In this document: positions 17,594 through 24,266 of the stretch, piece after piece
How the letters are laid out: each line of letters begins with the position of its first letter
Position numbering within the stretch: position 1 is the first letter of the stretch
Assembly (NCBI GenBank): GCA_964361405.1
Contig: CAYIAA010000006.1
Coordinates: forward strand, 1-44,662
From: an uncultured Candidatus Saccharibacteria bacterium
Lineage (GTDB): Bacteria > Patescibacteriota > Minisyncoccia > Phycocordibacterales > UBA3531
DNA length: 44,662 nucleotides
Direction of reading: 5' to 3'
Translations under genes and position numbers: made by a program
Notes under the pieces: generated by a model
Told to the model about the DNA's origin: nothing
Databases searched by the model: none
The model's input: only the letters and a program-made list of their open reading frames with translations

Positions 17594-18940
17594 ATGGCGC
17601 CGAAACATATGCCCGTTCCTCCGCAGGACATCGAAGCCGAGAAAGCGCTCTTAGGCTCGATAATGTTGAAGCCCAACGGGCTCAACCAGATTGTTGACTA
17701 TATCAAAGAAGAAAGCTTCTACTCCGAAAAGCATCGCCTGATTTACCAAGCCATGCTCGACCTCTACCAAAGAAATGACCCCATAGATCTCTTATCCCTC
17801 GCCACACGGCTCAAAGAACACAAACTCCTTGAATCCGTTGGGGGGTCGAGCTATCTAACCGATCTCGTCGAAATGGTTCCGTCATCGGCGAACCTCGGAC
17901 ACTATGCTTCCATTATTGAGCACAAACATGCGCTCCGAAGCTTGATTGACGCGGCAAGTCACATCCTCGAACTCGGATACAACGAAGGAAAAGACATCGA
18001 TGAGGTATTCGATGAAGCAGAAAAAAGTATCTATGGCGTCAAAAATGTCTCCCTCCAACAGAAATTCAATAACATCAAAGATGGGCTGGCTGAAGCATGG
18101 GATAGACTCGATCTCCTTCACAAACAAAGCGGCACGCTCCGGGGCATCCCAACCGGCTTCACTGATCTTGACTCAAGACTTGCGGGACTCCAGAAATCAG
18201 ATCTTGTTATCTTAGCTTCGCGCCCTTCTATGGGAAAAACGTCCCTTGCTTTAGATATTGCGCGGCAAGCCGCAATGAAACACAAACACACCGTCGGCAT
18301 CTTCTCACTTGAAATGAGCTCGCAACAGCTCGTCGACCGTCTCCTTGCCGCCGATTCCCGCGTAGATGCTTGGAAACTCCGCACCGGGAAACTCTCCACC
18401 GACGAAGAGTTTTCTCGCATTCGGGACTCCCTCGACCGCTTGTCGCAAACACCAATATTTATCGACGACGAGGCAAGTAATACCATCATCAAAATGCGCG
18501 CTATGGCTCGGCGCCTCGCGAGCGAGCGTACTCTCGATCTTATTATCGTAGATTACCTCCAGCTCATGGTCCCCCACCGGCAGAGTGATTCCCTTGTCCA
18601 ACAAGTGACGGAAATATCGCGCTCACTCAAAGCCTTGGCGCGAGAACTTAAAGTTCCAGTTCTCGCCCTCTCACAACTCTCACGCGCAGTAGAACAACGC
18701 CGTGGCGCCCCGCGCCTCTCCGACCTCCGCGACTCCGGTTCCATTGAACAGGACGCTGATGTCGTCATATTCATCCACCGCGAAGACAAATACGAGGCTT
18801 CGCAGGCAAAACCGAATATCGCGCGCATTATTATCGCGAAACACCGTAATGGTCCCACCGGAGAGTTCGAGCTCTACTTTGATGAAAAGCGCGCAAGCTT
18901 CTCATCTATCGAGCGCGGGAGTTTTGCCGCAATCGTATGA
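17594..18940 (+). CDS. dnaB: replicative DNA helicase
   Basis: PPQDIEAEKALLG, ASRPSMGKT, FSLEMS, VDYLQL, LSQLSR, DLRDSGSIEQDAD, KHRNG; no intein. Confidence 0.98.
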   Translation: MAPKHMPVPPQDIEAEKALLGSIMLKPNGLNQIVDYIKEESFYSEKHRLIYQAMLDLYQRNDPIDLLSLATRLKEHKLLESVGGSSYLTDLVEMVPSSANLGHYASIIEHKHALRSLIDAASHILELGYNEGKDIDEVFDEAEKSIYGVKNVSLQQKFNNIKDGLAEAWDRLDLLHKQSGTLRGIPTGFTDLDSRLAGLQKSDLVILASRPSMGKTSLALDIARQAAMKHKHTVGIFSLEMSSQQLVDRLLAADSRVDAWKLRTGKLSTDEEFSRIRDSLDRLSQTPIFIDDEASNTIIKMRAMARRLASERTLDLIIVDYLQLMVPHRQSDSLVQQVTEISRSLKALARELKVPVLALSQLSRAVEQRRGAPRLSDLRDSGSIEQDADVVIFIHREDKYEASQAKPNIARIIIAKHRNGPTGEFELYFDEKRASFSSIERGSFAAIV

Positions 18941-19557
18941 GTGGAAATACCTTCGACCGACTCGCGGAACTTCTCACGCGTTTTCCCGGCGTCGGCCCGC
19001 GCCAAGCGAAACGCTTCGTTTATTTTCTCTTAGGTGCGAGTGAGTCATCCACAAGAGAACTTGTTGAAAGTATTCTTGCTCTGAAAAAAAGATTTTCGCA
19101 GTGTGGACAATGCTTCCGATACTTTGAGCGAGGAAACAGTGAGTCCATGTGCAACCTCTGCGCCGATCCAGAGAGAGATCACCGTATGTTAATGATTGTC
19201 GCGCGGGATATTGATTTGGAAAATATACGGAGAAGCGGTACCTACACCGGAGGATTCTTCGTCTTAGGCGGTACCGTACCAGTTCTCGGTGATAAGGAAA
19301 CTAAGCGGCTCCGCACCGTCGAGTTGAAAGAGGTGCTTCAAAGCGAGCGGAGTGCCTTAATAGAAGAGATAATCATCGCCCTTCCTGCAAACCCGGATGG
19401 CGATACGACGGCAGGATTCGTGCGTTCCGAACTGGAACCAATCATTAAAAAAAAGAATGTCATCTGCACTGTCCTCGGGCGCGGGCTCTCAACGGGTACC
19501 GAGCTTGAATACTCTGACGCGGATACTATTAGAAACGCCTTGAAAAATCGCGCCTAA
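18937..19557 (+). CDS. recR: recombination mediator RecR
   Basis: FPGVGPRQA HhH, CGQC...CNLC Zn finger, TOPRIM, GTELEYSD. Confidence 0.95.
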   Translation: MSGNTFDRLAELLTRFPGVGPRQAKRFVYFLLGASESSTRELVESILALKKRFSQCGQCFRYFERGNSESMCNLCADPERDHRMLMIVARDIDLENIRRSGTYTGGFFVLGGTVPVLGDKETKRLRTVELKEVLQSERSALIEEIIIALPANPDGDTTAGFVRSELEPIIKKKNVICTVLGRGLSTGTELEYSDADTIRNALKNRA

Positions 19558-19577
19558 TTCTACAAGGCAATACTAGA

Positions 19578-19889
19578 CTAGGAAATTTTTGTAATCTCGA
19601 TTCTTGTGAAAGGTTGGCGATGGCCACGCTTCACACGGTAGCGAACTTTCGATTTATATTTAAGAACGAGAATCTTTTTTCCCTTCCCTGTCTCGAGAAT
19701 CGTCCCTGTCACTTTTTTCCCGACGAGATACGGCATTCCGACATCCGTCTTCTTCCCATCATCAAAAAGGAGAACCATATCAAACGTCACCGAAGCACCC
19801 TTCTCACCGGGGAGTTTTTCAACCAAGAGTTTTGTACCTTCCGATACGAGGTATTGCTTCCCGCCTGTTTGAATCACTGCAAATGGCAT
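19578..19889 (-). CDS. rplU: 50S ribosomal protein L21
   Basis: FAVIQTGGKQYLV, KRGHRQPFT. Confidence 0.98.
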   Translation of the reverse strand: MPFAVIQTGGKQYLVSEGTKLLVEKLPGEKGASVTFDMVLLFDDGKKTDVGMPYLVGKKVTGTILETGKGKKILVLKYKSKVRYRVKRGHRQPFTRIEITKIS

Positions 19890-19897
19890 AGATTCTC

Positions 19898-19925
19898 ATT
19901 CTACCTAAAATTGCCCTCTTGGCAA
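19898..19925 (-). promoter_or_regulatory. promoter for rplU (near-leaderless)
   Basis: TTGCCA-N16-TAGAAT, 8 nt before ATG. Confidence 0.6.
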
Positions 19926-20540
19926 GGAAAAAACAAGTAAAAGAAAGACCCGCATGGATAAGGAAACCATGCGGGTCTGAACGTCTTTCTGTGCCCCCGA
20001 TTGTGCTAATCGGGTACCTTTCACCAAAGGTATGGGAGCCTTTGGCTGAGGGGTTCTAGCGGCTCCACATGCGGCCTTTTCTATACTGCTCGCCACCTCT
20101 TCTCCTTTGTCAATGGTTGCCTTCCGGGAAGCTGCCACTTCCCCCTTGGTGATGCCTCTTGAAGCAGTGAGGCCAATCTCCATTTGGAGTTTGACCCGAT
20201 TGTAGAGCGTTGTGCAGGCACTTCTAATGTTGTCCCACTTTTCCTTGCACTCTTGAAACTCCACCCGGGATCCCTCGGTACATCCACGCTTGTGATCATC
20301 GGCCGCACGTTCACACTCTTCTTTAACACTCTTGAGTCTTTGGAGCACATCTCCCAGCTCCCACTGTGTCTTCCTTTTCCAGTAGTCAAACCAGCTCCAT
20401 GTATTGTGTGCTTCTTCCTTCGCGCGCTCACGAATCCGATTGCCTTCCACTCTTGCTTGGACACATTCCGCCTCATCCGCATATACGGAAAGAGGAATCA
20501 GTGTCAGAGAGCACAAAGCTATCAACACCAAGAAATGCAT
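19905..20540 (-). CDS. orphan secreted helical Cys-rich protein; C-terminal tail doubtful
   Basis: SD GGAG before ATG 20540, signal peptide ending VYA|D, C-X10-C-X10-C-X10-C. Confidence 0.7.
   Translation of the reverse strand: MHFLVLIALCSLTLIPLSVYADEAECVQARVEGNRIRERAKEEAHNTWSWFDYWKRKTQWELGDVLQRLKSVKEECERAADDHKRGCTEGSRVEFQECKEKWDNIRSACTTLYNRVKLQMEIGLTASRGITKGEVAASRKATIDKGEEVASSIEKAACGAARTPQPKAPIPLVKGTRLAQSGAQKDVQTRMVSLSMRVFLLLVFSLPRGQF
19928..19978 (-). terminator. intrinsic terminator inside the 3' end of ORF 19905-20540
   Basis: Perfect 12-bp IR AGACCCGCATGG / CCATGCGGGTCT, then TTCTTTTACTTGTTTTTT on the minus strand. Confidence 0.75.
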
Positions 20541-20629
20541 TTCTTTTTTCTCCCTGTTCGGTTTGGTGTTCTCTGTCAAAAAAAAGCCGCTTATAGCTAG
20601 CGACATCCAATCAAGTAACTTCTAGGCCC

Positions 20630-20657
20630 ACTCTACGCCTGGAAGAGGCGCTGTCAA
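20630..20657 (-). promoter_or_regulatory. sigma70 promoter for the orphan secreted gene
   Basis: TTGACA-N16-TAGAGT on the minus strand. Confidence 0.65.
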
Positions 20658-20661
20658 GCAC

Positions 20662-21720
20662 TCATAAATCCTCCATGTCGGGCCGTGAGAGTACCATTGG
20701 TTCTATACCTGATGAGGTACCAGTAATACGCAAAACATCCTTATCAATTTTTCCAAACTCTTTATGGGCGGTATTGTAGTGACTCACCGTCGTACCAAGG
20801 GCCGTTCCCACTTTCCTGATGTATTCGTTATAGCTCCGGAGGTGGCGGTCGAGCATGCCTACATTCTGTCTAATCTCCTTCGCTGACTCTTCAATCTGGA
20901 GCGCCTTGAGCCCTTGGAGCACAGTCTGGAGATACGCGTGAAAGGATGTCGGCGAAACGATAATGACCTTCTTTTCCTTGAATGCATATTCAATCAAGTC
21001 GCGGGTATTTACCTTGACGGCCCCCACCTGTGCCACAAGGAGGTCGTAGTAGATGGCTTCATGTGGGATAAACATAAAGGCGAAATCCATTGTCCCCTCT
21101 TCGGGCTTGATATACTTCGACGTCTCATCAATGCGGGCCTTCAAATCCGTCTTGAACGCCTTCTCAAGCCGCTCTCGCTCTACCGGATCTCGTTCTTCGG
21201 AGAGTCGATTATAATTCTCGAGTGAGAATTTTGAATCAATCGGGATAATTTTATCTTTCACGAAAACAGCTGCATCAACAATGGTGCCGTCTTTGAATGG
21301 GTATTGCATTTGGTAGGAACCAGGCGGGAGAATGTTTTTTAAGAGTGTTTCGAGATAGTATTCACCCAAAATCCCGCGCTGTTTCGGATTTTTCAAAATA
21401 TCCTGAAGCGATTGGAGTTGATCAGCGAATGAAATGACCTGCCGGTTTGTCTCGTCGAGTTTGGTGAGTCCTTCCGTCACATCGCGGATAATCTTTGCCG
21501 ACTCCGAAAACTGGTGCCGAATTGCCTCGCTCGTTTGCTTTGTTGCCTCCCCTACCTTCTGATCAATCACCCGCGTAAGCTCATTGATCTGGTTCTGGAT
21601 GAGCGTAAATCCCTCACTATGCGTCCCTTGCCCCATCTGCGGCCGACGGATGAGCCACACGATAAGCGCGATAACTAGACCACCTCCCACACCAAGAATT
21701 ATCAATACGAGGTCTGACAT
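20662..21720 (-). CDS. rmuC: DNA recombination protein RmuC family
   Basis: N-terminal TM plus coiled coil, KQRGILGE, IDSKFSL, FMFIPHE, IVSPT. Confidence 0.92.
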   Translation of the reverse strand: MSDLVLIILGVGGGLVIALIVWLIRRPQMGQGTHSEGFTLIQNQINELTRVIDQKVGEATKQTSEAIRHQFSESAKIIRDVTEGLTKLDETNRQVISFADQLQSLQDILKNPKQRGILGEYYLETLLKNILPPGSYQMQYPFKDGTIVDAAVFVKDKIIPIDSKFSLENYNRLSEERDPVERERLEKAFKTDLKARIDETSKYIKPEEGTMDFAFMFIPHEAIYYDLLVAQVGAVKVNTRDLIEYAFKEKKVIIVSPTSFHAYLQTVLQGLKALQIEESAKEIRQNVGMLDRHLRSYNEYIRKVGTALGTTVSHYNTAHKEFGKIDKDVLRITGTSSGIEPMVLSRPDMEDL

Positions 21721-21763
21721 GGGGATATTTTAGCACAAAAAAAATATGAGACCCCCGACCTGC

Positions 21764-22183
21764 CTATAATTTCCTATACACGAAAAGGAGTAATAATACG
21801 GCAATAATTCCCACTATTATTAGAGCTGAAATTAAGAATGGTTTAGAACTTAAGTATGAGTTTGTAGATACCTCTTGAAGTTCCTCGAGAGAAAAATCTT
21901 CACTTCCATCTTTAGGGAAAATGGGTGTGTATCCTTCGGGACACAACATTCGCAATTGATCACTTCGGCTACTCTTCTCCCACATCTCTGCCTTCAAGGT
22001 GTCAGAATTATTTGCGCCAATTCCCTCTATATCAGAGGTTGATACAGGAAGGAAAGAAAAATTCCTGAGGTCTATCGTTTCCCAACCCGATGGGGGATAA
22101 ATTGAGGAGTGTTCGTCACCAGAAAACATGACAGCGCACTGATGCGTCTTATTGTTGATTATCCATTCAATCCTGGGAGCCAT
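21764..22183 (-). CDS. hypothetical protein with C-terminal TM anchor, AT-rich
   Basis: 139-aa ORF ending FLISALIIVGIIAVLLLLFVYRKL; TATAAT upstream. Confidence 0.6.
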   Translation of the reverse strand: MAPRIEWIINNKTHQCAVMFSGDEHSSIYPPSGWETIDLRNFSFLPVSTSDIEGIGANNSDTLKAEMWEKSSRSDQLRMLCPEGYTPIFPKDGSEDFSLEELQEVSTNSYLSSKPFLISALIIVGIIAVLLLLFVYRKL

Positions 22184-22235
22184 AGGTTTAATTCTATTAT
22201 ATTTTTTTGGTATTGAATATCAAAGAAAACTAAAT

Positions 22236-22571
22236 CTACCTCTTTTTTGTTTTTTGAGCTTCTGTCACTGCGTTTTCAACCCATTCAGAAAGAACGTCTC
22301 GGTTTTCGAGGATTTCCTCCGGTACAAGCCAATAACTCAATGTGATGTTCTTTCTCTCCGAATAGTAGGCAAATGGCTCACTTCCCATTTTCTCATACTC
22401 CGCACGATTTCCGTTCCCCACTTTGAAATATAGTGCTCCGTCAGAAATTAGACCAAAGAACATACGATTCTTATAAATCCCCCATCCGCCAAACATAGTA
22501 CGCGACGTAATCCCCGGCACGTCTGCCAAAAGGTCCATAACATACTCATGAAAACTTGTATCCCGAGACAT
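22236..22571 (-). CDS. TfoX/Sxy N-terminal domain protein
   Basis: RTMFGGWGIY...FGLI...LYFK...PF.Y...SYWLVP..ILE. Confidence 0.88.
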   Translation of the reverse strand: MSRDTSFHEYVMDLLADVPGITSRTMFGGWGIYKNRMFFGLISDGALYFKVGNGNRAEYEKMGSEPFAYYSERKNITLSYWLVPEEILENRDVLSEWVENAVTEAQKTKKR

Positions 22572-22586
22572 TTATTTTTTTACCCA

Positions 22587-22624
22587 TGACCTTACGGGCC
22601 TGCCTGCCGGCAGGCAGGGATTCG
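22587..22624 (-). repeat. duplicated tRNA-Glu 3' end (17/18 nt identical) interrupted by a 20-bp palindrome
   Basis: TGACCTTACGGG[CCTGCCTGCCGGCAGGCAGG]GATTCG versus tRNA TGACCCTACGGGGATTCG at 22828-22845. Confidence 0.85.
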
Positions 22625-22830
22625 GTCACAACTTCCCGCTACGCGGGAGCCGCGACCCCACCATAAGGAATGCTGCCGCATGCAAGTCTAACTTATGTCA
22701 CGAATCACTAAGTCGCTTCGCTCCTAAGTGTTCGCGACCCCGGCTCGCGGTCCCACTTTTAGTGGGACATTGCTCCGCCTTCAAAAAGCTAAAAAAGTAA
22801 AGTAGTTTACTTTTTTTAATCGCTTTTTGA
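22624..22830 (-). repeat. cluster of REP-like hairpins between tRNA-Glu and its duplicated 3' end
   Basis: Hairpins at 22624-22657, 22697-22738, 22750-22768 and 22781-22830. Confidence 0.7.
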
Positions 22831-22899
22831 CCCTACGGGGATTCGAACCCCGATTCCCACCGTGAGAGGGTGATGTCCTAACCATTAGACGATAGGGCC
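22828..22899 (-). tRNA. tRNA-Glu (anticodon CTC), no encoded CCA
   Basis: GGCCCTATCGTCTAATGGTTAGGACATCACCCTCTCACGGTGGGAATCGGGGTTCGAATCCCCGTAGGGTCA folds as a cloverleaf. Confidence 0.95.
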
Positions 22900-22903
22900 C
22901 TAA

Positions 22904-22920
22904 ATCCCGCAGTGCGGGAT
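22904..22920. repeat. short perfect palindrome just upstream of tRNA-Glu
   Basis: ATCCCGCA-G-TGCGGGAT. Confidence 0.6.
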
Positions 22921-22949
22921 AGACTAATGACAAAAATAGTACCAATGCT

Positions 22950-24257
22950 CTAGCGCTTTGTCCATTCAAATTCTTGGCGGACGAGGAGTTCATGTGCGCG
23001 CTCGGGCTCCGCCATAAGCGCTTCTACTACCCGCTCCATGCGAATTATCTGCGAACCCTTCACAAGGATACTATCTCCGGACTTGAGTTCTTCCGCCGCC
23101 TTCTCCCCTGCTTCTTCAGAGCTCGCCATAAAATGAACGGAGTGTATTTTCATACCTCTCTGCACTGCCGCTTCGCCGATGAATGTCCCGCGCTGACCGA
23201 CAACGTAGAGTTCATCCAAAAAATCTGCCACAGTAGTTCCCACTTTCTCGTGTTCCGGTTTCGTATACTTGCCGAGCTCGGTCATATCTCCGAGAATGGC
23301 GATTTTTCTGCCCGTCGTTTTGAGACCACGAAGAACCTCAAGTGCATCCTCCATCGCTATGGGCGAGGCATTGTAGCTGTCGTCGAGAATTAAACTACTC
23401 TGTTTCCCGGAGATGAGTTTAAGTCGTCCGGGTGGTGCTTCGTACTTTCTAAGCGATTCAACAATAGACAAAATATCGATCCCCTCTGAAATGCCTACGG
23501 TAATCGCCGCAAGCGCCGCGTAAGCTGTACCAATTCCGAGCGCGCCGGTGATTTTAACGGGAATACTCTTTCCGTCATAGTCGACACGGAACGATATACC
23601 AGTAGGAAAAGATATGCCTGCACGCTTCGAATATGTTGTCCGTGTACCAGAACCATGAATCATGGAGTATTCCCCAAATCCATAACTCATAATATTCAAA
23701 TTATCCTGCGACTGTGCCAAATCCATTGCTCGCTCGGAGTCGGCGTTAATGACTAGAAGTCCGCCGGGCTTGAGCGCGCGTAGCAAATACCCCTTCTCCT
23801 CGTAGAGCTTCTCCGGAGACTCAAAAAATTCAACATGCACCGGGACTTCTGGAAGAAAAGTCACTACGACTGTATCGGGCTTAAGCCATCTTGATATTCG
23901 GGCAATATCGCCGGGACGATCAGCCCCTACTTCAAGCACGAGTATTTTTGGATAGTGGGTTTTCAGTATGATGAGCCCGATTCCTTCCCAAAAGACGCGG
24001 AGCCAGCGTCCAACACTCCCCCATCCGCTCTCTTCCCCAAGGATGGTGAGAGGCATGCCGAGTTCGCTGTTATAGCTCTTCCGGCTAGATCTTACGAACC
24101 GTGCCTCCGAGAGCACCTGGGCTATGGCATCTTTGGTCCCCGTCTTTCCAACGCTCCCCGTAACAGCAATAATCCTCGGCTGATATTTCCGTAACACAAG
24201 ACGGGCAAGCAATGTAAGCACGCCTTGAACTGCGATTTTGAGTACTCTTTTAAACAC
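22950..24257 (-). CDS. murF: UDP-MurNAc-tripeptide:D-Ala-D-Ala ligase
   Basis: AVTGSVGKTGTK, SYNSELGMP, LEVG, DDSYNASP, ILGDMTELG, LVKGS. Confidence 0.9.
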   Translation of the reverse strand: MFKRVLKIAVQGVLTLLARLVLRKYQPRIIAVTGSVGKTGTKDAIAQVLSEARFVRSSRKSYNSELGMPLTILGEESGWGSVGRWLRVFWEGIGLIILKTHYPKILVLEVGADRPGDIARISRWLKPDTVVVTFLPEVPVHVEFFESPEKLYEEKGYLLRALKPGGLLVINADSERAMDLAQSQDNLNIMSYGFGEYSMIHGSGTRTTYSKRAGISFPTGISFRVDYDGKSIPVKITGALGIGTAYAALAAITVGISEGIDILSIVESLRKYEAPPGRLKLISGKQSSLILDDSYNASPIAMEDALEVLRGLKTTGRKIAILGDMTELGKYTKPEHEKVGTTVADFLDELYVVGQRGTFIGEAAVQRGMKIHSVHFMASSEEAGEKAAEELKSGDSILVKGSQIIRMERVVEALMAEPERAHELLVRQEFEWTKR

Positions 24258-24266
24258 CGGGTGGTG

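Noticed and set aside
21759-21767. Half-sites CCTGCCTAT at gene ends (also 31470)
   Set aside because: Matches of 8-9 nt are too short to assign to the 20-bp palindrome family.
22781-22993. 70-aa minus-strand ORF
   Set aside because: It overlaps tRNA-Glu and hairpins, so it is spurious.
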